From positions 116,810,001-116,874,000 of the forward strand of contig NC_086107.1 of the NCBI RefSeq assembly GCF_963921235.1: DNA of 64,000 nucleotides, read 5' to 3'. Positions 1-13,500 of this stretch are shown in pieces. The stretch comes from Mobula hypostoma (lineage: Eukaryota). The notes below the pieces were generated by a model, which was given only the letters and a program-made list of their open reading frames with translations, was not told where the DNA came from and searched no databases. Every line of letters begins with the position of its first letter. The stretch's first letter is position 1. The translations under genes and the position numbers were made by a program.

Positions 1-310
1 CCTCAGTACCGTGGATGTAGATAGGAGGGTGTTGGTAGCTGGAACGTGGTAGTGAGGTCAGAATCAATCAGCATGTTTAGATGGGAACATGTGCACTGCC
101 CATCTTCCTGAAGTTGATGAGCTTGTTGGTTTTGCTGACGCTGAGGGAAAGGTTGTTGTCAGAACGCCATGTTACTAAGATTTCACTCTCCTTCCTGTAC
201 TCTGATTTAAGAAGGTTGTTGGTAGAACATCATGTCACTAAGATCTCACTCTCCTTCCTGTCATCTGATTCATTGTTGTTTGAGTGGTTGCATTTGCAAA
301 CTTGTAGATT
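1..310 (-). mobile_element. Degenerate Rex1/Babar-like non-LTR fragment with a 63-bp tandem duplication
   Basis: The reverse strand resembles the region encoding 'NNLSLNVxKTKELIVDFRK' in the 42525 and 3640 ORFs; 149-207 is repeated at 212-270. Confidence 0.5.
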
Positions 311-349
311 TAAGAAGTCAAAAAATTCCTGGGAACTACAGACAATAAT

Positions 350-1225
350 TTAAACATGCATGGTCAGTAAGTTGTTGGAGTGGATTCTGTGGTATAAGAT
401 ATACATACACTTGGAAAGAGAGGGATTGATTAGGGATAATTTGTGTGTAGGAGATCTTGCCTCATAAACTTGACAGAGTTTTCTTCTGAAGGTCGTTGAG
501 AGCTGAGTAGTAGGCATGGTCTATATGGTGTTCAGTAAGGCCTTTGATAAGGTTCCACATGGTAGGGTGCTCTAGAAGTTTAAATCCAAAGGAATACAGG
601 GAGAGCAGGACATTTGGACAAACAACTGGCTTGACAGTGGGGAGCAGAGGGTGAGGTTGGGAGGTTGTTTCTTGGACTGGAAGTCCGTGACTAGTGGTGA
701 TCCTCAGGAGTCAGTGCTGGGCCCTTTGCTGTTGCCATCTGTATCAACTGTTTAGATAAGAATGTACAAGATGTGGTTGTTAAGTTTGTAGGTGACACTA
801 CAATTGTTTGTGTGGTCATCAGTGCAGATGGCTATCAGGATTTACAGGGGGTTCTTGATCAGCTGGGAAAGTGGGCTGAAAAATGGCAAATGCAGTTTAA
901 TTCTGATAAGTGCAAGGTGTTGTATTATGGAAAGACAAACCAGGGTAGGGCTTTCACAGTGAATGGCAGGACTCTGGGGAGTATTGTAGAATAGAGAGAC
1001 CAGGGGTTCCCTGAAAGTGGACAGGATGGTGAAAGTGTTTGGTATGTTGGCTTCATCATTCAGGGCATTGAGTACAGGTGTTGGGACGTTAGCTACAAGA
1101 CATTGGTGAGGCCACATTTAGAGTATTGTGTTCAGCTTTGGTTGTTCTACTGTAGGGTAGGTGCCATTGAAGTGGAAAGAGGGCAGAGGAGATTTAAGAA
1201 GATGTTGCTGGGACTCGTAATCTGT
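350..1225 (+). mobile_element. Degenerate CR1 LINE ORF2 (RT) fragment
   Basis: Contains FSKAFDKVPH-like, PQESVLGP and WAEKWQMQFNSDKCKVL motifs, with frameshifts. Confidence 0.85.
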
Positions 1226-2045
1226 ACGCTCTAATCCAGGATTGATGGTCTGGAAGTGTGAGGATCAGGTTGTGTCTGTACAGAGAAACTGGGGCAGGAA
1301 GGTAACTGATAAGTGTTGAGCTGTGGATGTTGTCTACATGGACTTTATAGTGGGGTGTTTGACAAGGTCCTTCATGGAAGGCTTAATCAGAAGTTAAGAT
1401 GCATGGGATCCACAGTGAATTGGCTGTTGGGGTTTGCTTGCCCATAGAAGATAGAGGGTGGTGGTTGATGGACTAAATCTGACTGGAGGTCTGTGACCAG
1501 TGGTATTCCACAGGGATCCAGCAGGGACCTCTGCCACTTGTTAGAGATAGAAATAACGTGGATGAAAATGTGAACAGGAGGATTGGTAAGTTTGCAAACA
1601 ATACAAAGATTGGTGGTGTTCTGGATAGTGTAGAAAACTGGCAAAAGATACAGCGGGATATAGATCAGTTTCAGATATGGGCAGAGAATTGTCAGATGGA
1701 GTTTAATCTGGACAAGTGTGAGGGGTTGCACTTTGAGAGATCAAATGTAAAGGGACAGGACAGAGTTAATGGCAGGACCCTTAACAGTGTTGACTTGCAG
1801 AAGGCTCAAGTCCACAGCTCCCTGGTAGGGGCTGCCCAGGTCGACAGGGTGCTAAAGACATACAGCATGCTTAGTTGAGAAGTTGGGAAGTCACACTACA
1901 GCTTTATAAAACTCTGGTCAGGCCAAACTTGGAGTATCACTTTCCCTTCCAAATGCCCCATTATAGGAAGAGCATGGAAGCTTTGGCAGGGTGCAGAAGA
2001 GTTCTAGGATGCTGCCTGGATCAGAGGACATGAGGTATAAGAGGT

Positions 2046-2315
2046 CACCACAGTAGTGTAGCTGTTAGCACAGCACTATTACAGCATGAACCATCGGTGT
2101 TTGGGCTTCAATTCTGTCAGGAATTTCTATATTCTCCCCATGATTGCCAGGTGCTCTGGTTTCCTCCCACAGTTCAAAGGTGTACAGGTTGGTAGGTCAG
2201 TCGGTCATTGTAAGTTGTCCTGTGATGAGGCTAGGGTTAAATACATCGATGGGTTGCTGGGCGGTGTGACTCAGTGGGCCGGGATGGTCTGTTCCGTGCT
2301 GTGTCTTTAAATAAT
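2046..2315 (+). mobile_element. tRNA-derived SINE (HE1/V-SINE-like)
   Basis: tRNA-like head (gtagtgtagctgttagcac...ttcaattc), central gtgctctggtttcctcccacagttcaaag block, CR1-like 3' tail and A-rich end; recognised from memory of elasmobranch SINEs. Confidence 0.6.
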
Positions 2316-2429
2316 ATAAACCAAACGGGTTCTCTGGAGCAGTGGAGACTCAGGGGAGACCTGATAAAGATTTATGTTGTTTATCTAAAATAAGCATTGT
2401 GAGGCAAAGACAGAGAAGACAGCTGATAA

Positions 2430-2946
2430 CTCCTGTACCTAGCAGTGGCCACTGAGTGTATGTTCATGGTCTTCTGTAGCTGTGGACCATGCACTTTCAG
2501 CTTCAATGTGTTGTGAATTCAGAGATGCTCCTCTGCACATCACTGTTGTAACGTGTGGTTATTTGAATTACTGTCACCTTCCTGTCGGCTTGAGCCAGTC
2601 TGGCCATTTTCCTCTGACCTCTCTCATGAGCAAGACATTTATGCCCACAGAACTGTCACTCCTTGGATGTTTTTATTTATTTTACTTGCACCCGTCTCGG
2701 TAAACGCTTGAGACAGTTGTGATTGAAAAGCACACAAGAGCAGCAGCTCCAGACTGCCCTATCTGGCACCAACAATCTTTCCATGGTCAAAATCACTTAG
2801 TTCACATTTCTTCTCATTCTGATATTTGGCTTAAACAACAACTGAACCTCTTGACCATGTCTGCATGCTTTTATGCCACATGATTGACTGATTAGAGATT
2901 TGCGTTAATGAGCAGGTGTAGCTAATAAAGTGGCCACTGCGTGTAC
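2430..2946. mobile_element. Tc1-like non-autonomous DNA element remnant
   Basis: The terminal motif gtggccactg(a/c)gtgta occurs at 2445-2460 and 2930-2945 and ends in TA; no coding capacity. Confidence 0.5.
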
Positions 2947-3076
2947 TTCTCCCTTGTCTGGAAATGTCTTATCCTAGAGGCCATGAATTGAAGGTTAAAG
3001 TGGGAAAGTTCAGAGGAAATGTGCGGGGCACTGGGGAACGTGCTGCCAGGAGTGGTGGTGGAGGAGGCAAATACAA

Positions 3077-4060
3077 GTCAGAATCAGGTTTAATATCACC
3101 AGCATAGGTCGTGAAATTTGTCAACTTTGTGGCAGCAGTACAATGCAATGCTCGATAAAAATAGTAAAATACTTAATTACTGTAACTATATACATATATC
3201 TATATTAAATAGTTAAATTAAGATAAATAATGCAAAAATATAAATGAAAAATAAATACTGGGGTAGTGTTCATGGGCCCAATATCCAATCAGAAATCAGA
3301 AATCAGACAGCAAAGGGGAAAATGCTGTTCCTGAATCTCTGAGTGCTGGAACAATGAGAAGCAAGCAGGTCCTGGCTGATGGGCGTCCTTAATGATGGAC
3401 GCCGCCCTTCTGCGACACCGCTCCTTGAAGATGTACTGGATACTACAGAGGCTAGTGCCCATGATGGAACGGATTAATTTTACAACTCTCTGCAAATTAC
3501 TTTGATCTTGTGCAGTAGTTGACCCCCACCCATACCTGATGGTGATGCAGCCAGTCAGAATCTCCATGGTACCTTTGTAGAAAATTTCCAGTGTTATAGG
3601 TGACAAACCAATCCTTCTGAAACTCCTAATGAAATACAGCTATTGTCTTGCTGCCTTTATATTTGCCTCAATATGTTGGGACCGGGTTAAATCCTCAGAG
3701 ATCTTGACACCCAGGAACTTGAAGCTGCTCACTCTCTCCACTTCTGATCCCTCTGTAAGGATTGGTATGTGTTCCCTTAATTTACCCTTCCTGAACTCCA
3801 CAATCAGCTCTTTGGTTTGTTTTGCTGACGTTGAATGCAACACCAGTCAACTAGTTGGTGTATCTCGCTCCTGTATGCCTTCTCATCACCATCTGCAATT
3901 CTGCCTAGAATTTTTGTAGAATCAGAAAATTTAAGATGGTATTTGAGCTATTCCTAGCCACACAATCATGGGTATAGAGGGAGTAGAGCAGTGGCCTGAG
4001 CACAGAACCCTGAGGTTCACCAGTGTTAATTGTCAGCAAGCTGGACCCGTTTTTACCTAT
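3077..4060 (-). mobile_element. Rex1/Babar-like non-LTR 3' fragment
   Basis: ORFs 3640-3843 (TKELIVEFRK, FKFLGV) and 3289-3606 (ILTGCIT..LQRVV..AASIIKD). Confidence 0.8.
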
Positions 4061-4294
4061 CTACACAGAGCCACGTAGATACGATAGAGGCATTTAAAGA
4101 CTCTTAATTAGGCTCATGGATGTACAGGGAATGGAGGAGATGAGTTTTGTGTAGGTAGAAGGGATTAAATTAGCAAGGTATTTTAATGCCTAGTTTAAAG
4201 AGCTTGGGCGGAAACTGTAGGCTATTATTAAGTTATCAGTTCTATTATTAAGTTTACCAAATGAGCCATTTAGAGGGACTCTGATCAATGTGAT

Positions 4295-4460
4295 ATCTTC
4301 ACAGAAGGAACTTCAAAGAAGATTTGCAAGAATCTGACCTGCATTTTTCTTGAGAAGTGACTCACTAAAAACACGCCTGAACTTCACAGCGATAACAAGG
4401 TACAGAGAAAAAAAACTTCCTGTTCAGTATCAGGCAACATTTCCTTTTTGAAACCACTAT
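4295..4460 (+). promoter_or_regulatory. Candidate leukocyte promoter / non-coding first exon of the SPN-like gene
   Basis: A unique-sequence island with TTC-N3-GAA at 4298 and 4312, TTC-N4-GAA at 4347, AP-1 TGACTCA at 4358, ETS ACTTCCTG at 4415, RUNX-like AACCAC at 4452 and a possible donor AAG|GTACAG at 4399/4400. Confidence 0.45.
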
Positions 4461-4519
4461 CAAGGACATTACACTGAGGGGTGCAGGGAATGTCGGAGTT
4501 ATGGTGGGCGGTGTGATGG

Positions 4520-7500
4520 ATTTACGGTGAGGGGTGTGTCAGTGCTACCGTGAGGTGTGTGTCAGTGTTACGGTGCTGGGTGTTTCAGTGTGATGGTGAG
4601 GGGTGTGACAAGGTTACAGTGAGGGGTGTATCAGTGTTATGGTGAGGGGTGTGTCAGTGTGACGGTGAGGGGTGTGTCAGTGTTACGGTTCAGGGTGTGT
4701 CAGTGTTACGGTGAGGTGTGTGTCAGTGTTACTGTGAGCGGTGTGTCAGTGTTACGGTGAGGTGTGTGTCAGTGTTACTGTGAGGGGTGTGTCAGTGTTA
4801 CGGTGAGGTGTGTGTCAGTGTGACAGTGAGGGGTGTGTCAGTGTGACTGTGAGGGGTGTGTCAGTGTGACGGTGAGGGGTGTGTCACTGTTACGGTGAGG
4901 TGTGTGTCACTGTTACGGTGAGGTGTGTGTCACTGATACGGTGAGGGGTGTGTCAGTGTGACGGTGAGGGGTGTGTCAGTGTGACTGTGAGGGGTGTGTC
5001 AGTGTGACGGTGAGGGGTGTGTCAGTGTTACGGTGAGGTGTGTGTCACTGTTACGGTGAGGTGTGTGTCACTGATACGGTGAGGTGTGTGTCACTGATAC
5101 GGTGAGGGGTGTGTCAGTGTGACGGTGAGGGGTGTGTCAGTGTTACGGTGATGTGTGTGTCAGTGTTACGGTGATGTGTGTGTCAGTGTGACGGTGAGGG
5201 GTGTGTCAGTGTTACGGTGAGGTGTGTGTCAGTGTAACTGTGAGGGGTGTGTCAGTGTTACTGTGAGGTGTGTGTCAGTGTTACGGTGAGGTGTGTGTCA
5301 GTGTTACTGTGAGGGGTGTGTCAGTGTTACGGTGCTGGGTGTTTCAGTGTTACGGTGACGGGTGTGTCAGTGTGATGGTGCTGGGTGTGTCAGTGTGACG
5401 GTGAGGGGTGTGTCGGTGTGACGGTGAGGGGTGTGTCAATGTTACGGTGAGGTGTGTGTCAGTGTTACTGTGAGGGGTGTGTCAGTGTGACGGTGAGGGG
5501 TGTGTCAGTGTTACTGTGAGGGGTGTGTCAGTGTGACGGTGAGGGGTGTGTCAGTGTTACGGTTCAGGGTGTGTCAGTGTTACGGTGAGGTGTGTGTCAG
5601 TGTTACTGTGAGCGGTGTGTCAGTGTTATGGTGAGGTGTGTGTCAGTGTTACTGTGAGGGGTGTGTCAGTGTTACGGTGAGGTGTGTGTCAGTGTGACAG
5701 TGAGGGGTGTGTCAGTGTGACTGTGAGGGGTGTGTCAGTGTTACGGTGAGGTGTGTGTCACTGTTACGGTGAGGGGTGTGTCAGTGTTACGGTGAGGTGT
5801 GTGTCACTGATACGGTGAGGGGTGTGTCAGTGTGACGGTGAGGGGTGTGTCAGTGTTACGGTGATGTGTGTGTCAGTGTGACGGTGAGGGGTGTGTCAGT
5901 GTTACGGTGAGGTGTGTGTCAGTGTAACTGTGAGGGGTGTGTCAGTGTTACTGTGAGGTGTGTGTCAGTGTTACGGTGAGGTGTGTGTCAGTGTTACTGT
6001 GAGGGGTGTGTCAGTGTTACGGTTCAGGGTGTGTCAGTGTTACGGTGAGGTGTGTGTCAGTGTTACTGTGAGCGGTGTGTCAGTGTTACGGTGAGGTGTG
6101 TGTCAGTGTTACGGTGAGGTGTGTGTCAGTGTGACAGTGAGGGGTGTGTCAGTGTGACTGTGAGGGGTGTGTCAGTGTTACTGTGAGGGGTGTGTCAGTG
6201 TTACTGTGAGGGGTGTGTCAGTGTGACGGTGAGGGGTGTGTCAGTGTTACGGTGAGGTGTGTGTCAGTGTTACTGTGAGGGGTGTGTCAGTGTTACGGTG
6301 CTGGGTGTTTCAGTGTTACGGTGAGGGGTGTGTCAGTGTGACGGTGAGGGGTGTGTCAGTGTTACGGTGAGGTGTGTGTCAGTGTTACTGTGAGGGGTGT
6401 GTCAGTGTGATGGTGCTGGGTGTGTCAGTGTGACGGTGAGGGGTGTGTCAGTGTGACGGTGAGGGGTGTGTCAATGTTACGGTGAGGTGCGTGTCAGTGT
6501 TACTGTGAGGGGTGTGTCAGTGTTACTGTGAGGGGTGTGTCAGTGTGACGGTGAGGGGTGTGTCAGTGTTACTGTGAGGGGTGTGTCAGTGTGATGGTGA
6601 GGGGTGTGTCAGTGTTACGGTGAGGTGTGTGTCACTGTTACGGTGAGGGGTGTGTCAGTGTTACGGTGAGGGGTGTGTCACTGTTACGGTGAGGTGTGTG
6701 TCAGTGTTACGGTGACGGGTGTGTCACTGTTACGGTGAGGTGTGTGTCACTGTTACCGTGAGGGGTGTGTCAGTGTGACGGTGAGGGGTGTGTCAGTGTT
6801 ACGGTGATGTGTGTGTCAGTATTAGGGTGAGGGGTGTGTCAGTGTAACTGTGAGGGGTGTGTCAGTGTTACTGTGAGGGGTGTGTCAGTGTTACGGTGCT
6901 GGGTGTTTCAGTGTTACGGTGACGGGTGTGTCAGTGTTACGGTGAGGTGTGTGTCACTGTTACGGTGAGGGGTGTATCAGTGTGTCGGTGAGGGGTGTGT
7001 CAGTGTGACGGTGATGTGTGTGTCAGTGTTACGGTGATGTGTGTGTCAGTGTTAGGGTGAGGGGTGTGTCAGTGTAACTGTGAGGGGTGTGTCAGTGTTA
7101 CTGTGAGGGGTGTGTCAGTGTTACGGTGCTGGGTGTTTCAGTGTTACGGTGACGGGTGTGTCAGTGTGACGGTGACGGGTGTGTCAGTATTACGGTGAGG
7201 TGTGTGTCACTGTTACGGTGAGGGGTGTGTCAGTGTTACGGTGAGGTGTGTGTCAGTGTTAGGGTGAGGGGTGTGTCAGTGTGACTGTGAGGGGTGTGTC
7301 AGTGTGACGGTGAGGGGTGTGTCTGTGTTACGGTGAGGTGTGTGTCACTGATACGGTAAGGGGTGTGTCAGTGTTACGGTGATGTGTGTGTCAGTGTTAC
7401 GGTGATGTGTGTGTCAGTGTGACGGTGAGGGGTGTGTCAGTGTGACGGTGAGGGGTGTGTCAGTGTTACGGTGAGGTGTGTGTCAGTGTAACTGTGAGGG

Positions 7501-10500
7501 GTGTGTCAGTGTTACTGTGAGGTGTGTGTCAGTGTTACGGTGAGGTGTGTGTCAGTGTTACTGTGAGGGGTGTGTCAGTGTTACGGTGCTGGGTGTTTCA
7601 GTGTTACGGTGACGGGTGTGTCAGTGTGATGGTGCTGGGTGTGTCAGTGTGACGGTGAGGGGTGTGTCAATGTTACGGTGAGGTGTGTGTCAGTGTTACT
7701 GTGAGGGGTGTGTCAGTGTTACTGTGAGGGGTGTGTCAGTGTGACGGTGAGGGGTGTGTCAGTGTTACTGTGAGGGGTGTGTCAGTGTGACGGTGAGGGG
7801 TGTGTCACTGTTACGGTGAGGGGTGTGTCAGTGTTACGGTGAGGGTTGTGTCACTGTTACGGTGACGGGTGTGTCAGTGTGACGGTGAGGGGTGTGTCAG
7901 TGTTACGGTGAGGTGTGTGTCAGTGTGACGGTGAGGGGTGTGTCAGTGTGACTGTGAGGGGTGTGTCAGTGTTACGGTGAGGGGTGTGTCAGTGTTACTG
8001 TGAGGGGTGTGTCAGTGTTACGGTGCTGGGTGTTTCAGTGTTATGGTGACGGGTGTGTCAGTGTGACGGTGCTGGGTGTGTCAGTGTGACGGTGAGGGGT
8101 GTGTCAGTGTGACGGTGAGGGGTGTGTCAATGTTACGGTGAGGTGTGTGTCAGTGTTACTGTGAGGGGTGTGTCAGTGTGACGGTGAGGGGTGTGTCAGT
8201 GTTACGGTGAGGTGTGTGTCACTGTTACGGTGAGGGGTGTGTCAGTGTTACGGTGAGGGGTGTGTCACTGTTACGGTGAGGGGTGTCTCAGTGTGACGGT
8301 GAGGGGTGTGTCAGTGTGACGGTGAGGGGTGTGTCAGTGTTACGGTGATGTGTGTGTCAGTGTTAGGGTGAGGGGTGTGTCAGTGTAACTGTGAGGGGTG
8401 TGTCAGTGTTACTGTGAGGTGTGTGTCAGTGTGACAGTGAGGGGTGTGTCAGTGTGACGGTGAGGGGTGTGTCAGTGTTACTGTGAGGGGTGTGTCAGTG
8501 TGACGGTGAGGGGTGTGTCAGTGTTACTGTGAGGGGTGTGTCAGTGTGACGGTGAGGGGTGTGTCAGTGTTACGGTGAGGGGTGTGTCACTGTTACGGTG
8601 AGGGGTGTATCAGTGTGACGGTGAGGGGTGTGTCAGTGTGACGGTGATGTGTGTGTCAGTGTTACGGTGATGTGTGTGTCAGTATTAGGGTGAGGGGTGT
8701 GTCAGTGTAACTGTGAGGGGTGTGTCAGTGTTACTGTGAGGGGTGTGTCAGTGTTACGGTGCTGGGTGTTTCAGTGTTACGGTGACGGGTGTGTCAGTGT
8801 TACGGTGAGGTGTGTGTCACTGTTACGGTGAGGGGTGTATCAGTGTGTCGGTGAGGGGTGTGTCAGTGTGACGGTGATGTGTGTGTCAGTGTTACGGTGA
8901 TGTGTGTGTCAGTGTTAGGGTGAGGGGTGTGTCAGTGTAACTGTGAGGGGTGTGTCAGTGTTACTGTGAGGGGTGTGTCAGTGTTACGGTGCTGGGTGTT
9001 TCAGTGTTACGGTGACGGGTGTGTCAGTGTGACGGTGAGGGGTGTGTCAGTGTGACGGTGAGGGGTGTGTCAGTGTGACTGTGAGGTGTGTGTCAGTGTG
9101 TCGGTGAGGGGTGTGTCAGTGTTATGGTGAGGGGTGTGTCAGTGTTATGGTGAGGGGTGTGTCAGGTGACGGTGAGGGGTGTGTCAGTGTGACGGTGAGG
9201 GGTGTGTCAGGTGACGGTGAGGGGTGTGTCAGTGTGACGGTGATGTGTGTGTCAGTGTTACTGTGAGGTGTGTGTCAGTGTGACGGTGAGGGGTGTGTCA
9301 CTGTTACGGTGAGGGGTGTGTCAGTGTTACGGTGAGGTGTGTGTCAGTGTGACGGTGAGGGGTGTGTCAGTGTGACGGTGAGGGGTGTGTCAGTGTGACG
9401 GTGAGGGGTGTGTCAGTGTTACGGTGAGGTGTGTGTCACTGTTACGGTGAGGGGTGTGTCAGTGTTACGGTGATGTGTGTGTCACTGATACGGTGAGGGG
9501 TGTGTCAGTGTGACGGTGAGGGGTGTGTCAGTGTTACGGTGATGTGTGTGTCAGTGTGACGGTGAGGGGTGTGTCAGTGTGACGGTGAGGTGTGTGTCAG
9601 TGTTACGGTGAGGTGTGTGTCAGTGTAACTGTGAGGGGTGTGTCAGTGTTACTGTGAGGTGTGTGTCAGTGTTACGGTGAGGTGTGTGTCAGTGTTACTG
9701 TGAGGGGTGTGTCAGTGTTACGGTGCTGGGTGTGTCAGTGTTACGGTGACGGGTGTGTCAGTGTGATGGTGCTGGGTGTGTCAGTGTGACGGTGAGGGGT
9801 GTGTCGGTGTGACGGTGAGGGGTGTGTCAATGTGACGGTGAGGGGTGTGTCAGTGTTACTGTGAGGGGTGTGTCAGTGTGACGGTGAGGGGTGTGTCAGT
9901 GTTACTGTGAGGGGTGTGTCAGTGTGACGGTTCAGGGTGTGTCAGTGTTACGGTTCAGGGTGTGTCAGTGTTACGGTGAGGTGTGTGTCAGTGTTACTGT
10001 GAGCGGTGTGTCAGTGTTATGGTGAGGTGTGTGTCAGTGTTACTGTGAGGGGTGTGTCAGTGTTACGGTGAGGTGTGTGTCAGTGTGACAGTGAGGGGTG
10101 TGTCAGTGTGACTGTGAGGGGTGTGTCAGTGTTACGGTGAGGTGTGTGTCAGTGTTACGGTGAGGTGTGTGTCACTGATACGGTGAGGGGTGTGTCAGTG
10201 TGACGGTGAGGGGTGTGTCAGTGTTACGGTGAGGTGTGTGTCAGTGTGACAGTGAGGGGTGTGTCAGTGTGACGGTGAGGGGTGTGTCAGTGTTACGGTG
10301 AGGTGTGTGTCACTGTTACGGTGAGGGGTGTGTCAGTGTTACGGTGAGGTGTGTGTCACTGATACGGTGAGGGGTGTGTCAGTGTGACGGTGATGTGTGT
10401 GTCAGTGTTACGGTGATGTGTGTGTCAGTGTGACGGTGAGGGGTGTGTCAGTGTGACGGTGAGGTGTGTGTCAGTGTAACTGTGAGGGGTGTGTCAGTGT

Positions 10501-13500
10501 TACTGTGAGGTGTGTGTCAGTGTTACGGTGAGGTGTGTGTCAGTGTTACTGTGAGGGGTGTGTCAGTGTTACGGTGCTGGGTGTTTCAGTGTTACGGTGA
10601 CGGGTGTGTCAGTGTGATGGTGCTGGGTGTGTCAGTGTGACGGTGAGGGGTGTGTCGGTGTGACGGTGAGGGGTGTGTCAATGTTACGGTGAGGTGTGTG
10701 TCAGTGTTACTGTGAGGGGTGTGTCAGTGTGACGGTGAGGGGTGTGTCAGTGTGACGGTGAGGGGTGTGTCAGTGTTACGGTGAGGTGTGTGTCAGTGTT
10801 ACTGTGAGCGGTGTGTCAGTGTTATGGTGAGGTGTGTGTCAGTGTTACTGTGAGGGGTGTGTCAGTGTTACGGTGAGGTGTGTGTCAGTGTGACTGTGAG
10901 GGGTGTGTCAGTGTGACTGTGAGGGGTGTGTCAGTGTTACGGTGAGGGGTGTGTCAGTGTTACGGTGAGGGGTGTGTCACTGATACGGTGAGGGGTGTGT
11001 CAGTGTGACGGTGAGGGGTGTGTCAGTGTTACGGTGAGGGGTGTGTCAGTGTGACGGTGAGGGGTGTGTCAGTGTTACGGTGAGGTGTGTGTCAGTGTAA
11101 CTGTGAGGTGTGTGTCAGTGTTACTGTGAGGTGTGTGTCAGTGTTACGGTGAGGTGTGTGTCAGTGTTACGGTGAGGGGTGTGTCAGTGTTACGGTGACG
11201 GGTGTTTCAGTGTTACGGTGACGGGTGTGTCAGTGTGATGGTGCTGGGTGTGTCAGTGTGACGGTGAGGGGTGTGTCAATGTTACGGTGAGGTGTGTGAC
11301 AGTGTTACTGTGAGGGGTGTGTCAGTGTGACGGTGAGGGGTGTGTCAGTGTTACTGTGAGGGGTGTGTCAGTGTGACGGTGAGGGGTGTGTCACTGTTAC
11401 GGTGAGGGGTGTGTCAGTGTTACGGTGAGGGGTGTGTCACTGTTACGGTGAGGGGTGTGTCAGTGTGACGGAGAGGGGTGTGTCAGTGTTACGGTGAGGT
11501 GTGTGTCAGTGTGACAGTGAGGGGTGTGTCAGTGTGACTGTGAGGGGTGTGTCAGTGTTACGGTGAGGGGTGTGTCAGTGTGACGGTGAGGGGTGTGTCA
11601 GTGTTACGGTGAGGGGTGTGTCACTGTTACGGTGACGGGTGTGTCAGTGTGACGGTGCTGGGTGTGTCAGTGTGACGGTGAGGGGTGTGTCAATGTTACG
11701 GTGAGGTGTGTGTCAGTGTTACTGTGAGGGGTGTGTCAGTGTCACGGTGAGGGGTGTGTCAGTGTTACTGTGAGGGGTGTGTCAGTGTGACGGTGAGGGG
11801 TGTGTCAGTGTTACGGTGAGGTGTGTGTCACTGTTACGGTGAGGTGTGTGTCACTGTTACGGTGAGGGGTGTGTCAGTGTTACGGTGAGGGGTGTGTCAC
11901 TGTTACGGTGAGGGGTGTATCAGTGTGACGGTGAGGGGTGTGTCAGTGTGACGGTGATGTGTGTGTCAGTGTTACGGTGATGTGTGTGTCAGTGTTAGGG
12001 TGAGGGGTGTGTCAGTGTAACTGTGAGGGGTGTGTCAGTGTTACTGTGAGGTGTGTGTCAGTGTGACAGTGAGGAGTGTGTCAGTGTGACTGTGAGGGGT
12101 GTGTCAGTGTTACGGTGAGGGGTGTGTCAGTGTTACTGTGAGGGGTGTGTCAGTGTGACGGTGAGGGGTGTGTCAGTGTTACGGTGAGGTGTGTGTCAGT
12201 GTTACTGTGAGGGGTGTGTCAGTGTTACGGTGCTGGGTGTTTCAGTGTTACGGTGACGGGTGTGTCAGTGTGATGGTGCTGGGTGTGTCAGTGTGACGGT
12301 GAGGGGTGTGTCAGTGTGACGGTGAGGGGTGTGTCAGTGTTACTGTGAGGGGTGTGTCAGTGAGACGGTGAGGGGTGTGTCAGTGTTACTTTGAGGGGTG
12401 TGTCACTGTTACGGTGAGGGGTGTATCAGTGTGACGGTGAGGGGTGTGTCAGTGTGACGGTGATGTGTGTGTCAGTGTTACGGTGATGTGTGTGTCAGTA
12501 TTAGGGTGAGGGGTGTGTCAGTGTAACTGTGAGGGGTGTGTCAGTGTTACTGTGAGGGGTGTGTCAGTGTTACGGTGCTGGGTGTTTCAGTGTTACGGTG
12601 ACGGGTGTGTCAGTGTTACGGTGAGGTGTGTGTCACTGTTACGGTGAGGGGTGTGTCACTGTTACGGTGAGGGGTGTGTCAGTGTGAAGGTGAGGGGTGT
12701 GTCAGTGTGACGGTGATGTGTGTGTCAGTGTTACGGTGATGTGTGTGTCAGTATTAGGGTGAGGTGTGTGTCAGTGTTACTGTGAGGGGTGTGTCAGTGT
12801 TACGGTGCTGGGTGTTTCAGTGTTACGGTGACGGGTGTGTCAGTGTGACGGTGAGGGGTGTGTCAGTATTACGGTGAGGTGTGTGTCAGTGTGACGGTGA
12901 GGGGTGTGTCAGTGTGACTGTGAGGTGTGTGTCAGTGTGTCGGTGAGGGGTGTGTCAGTGTTATGGTGAGGGGTGTGTCAGTGTTATGGTGAGGGGTGTG
13001 TCAGGTGACGGTGAGGGGTGTGTCAGTGTGACGGTGAGGGGTGTGTCAGTGTTATGGTGAGGGGTGTGTCAGGTGACAGTGAGGGGTGTGTCAGTGTTAC
13101 TGTGAGGTGTGTGTCAGTGTGACGGTGAGGGGTGTGTCACTGTTACGGTGAGGTGTGTGTCACTGTTACGGTGAGGGGTGTGTCAGTGTTACGGTGAGGT
13201 GTGTGTCAGTGTGACAGTGAGGGGTGTGTCAGTGTGACTGTGAGGGGTGTGTCAGTGTGACGGTGAGGGGTGTGTCAGTGTTACGGTGAGGTGTGTGTCA
13301 CTGTTACGGTGAGGGGTGTGTCAGTGTTACGGTGATGTGTGTGTCACTGATACGGTGAGGGGTGTGTCAGTGTGACGGTGTGGGTGTGTCAGTGTTACGG
13401 TGATGTGTGTGTCAGTGTGACGGTGAGGGGTGTGTCAGTGTGATGGTGAGGTGTGTGTCAGTGTTACGGTGAGGTGTGTGTCAGTGTAACTGTGAGGGGT

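Larger units (their letters stand above)
1280..4220 (+). mobile_element. Degenerate CR1 LINE 3' half, interrupted by a SINE, a MITE and a Rex-like insertion
   Basis: ORF 1558-1878 (KFANNTKIGG, QMEFNLDKC); CR1 3' sequence resumes at ~2330, ~2946 and ~4080. Confidence 0.7.
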
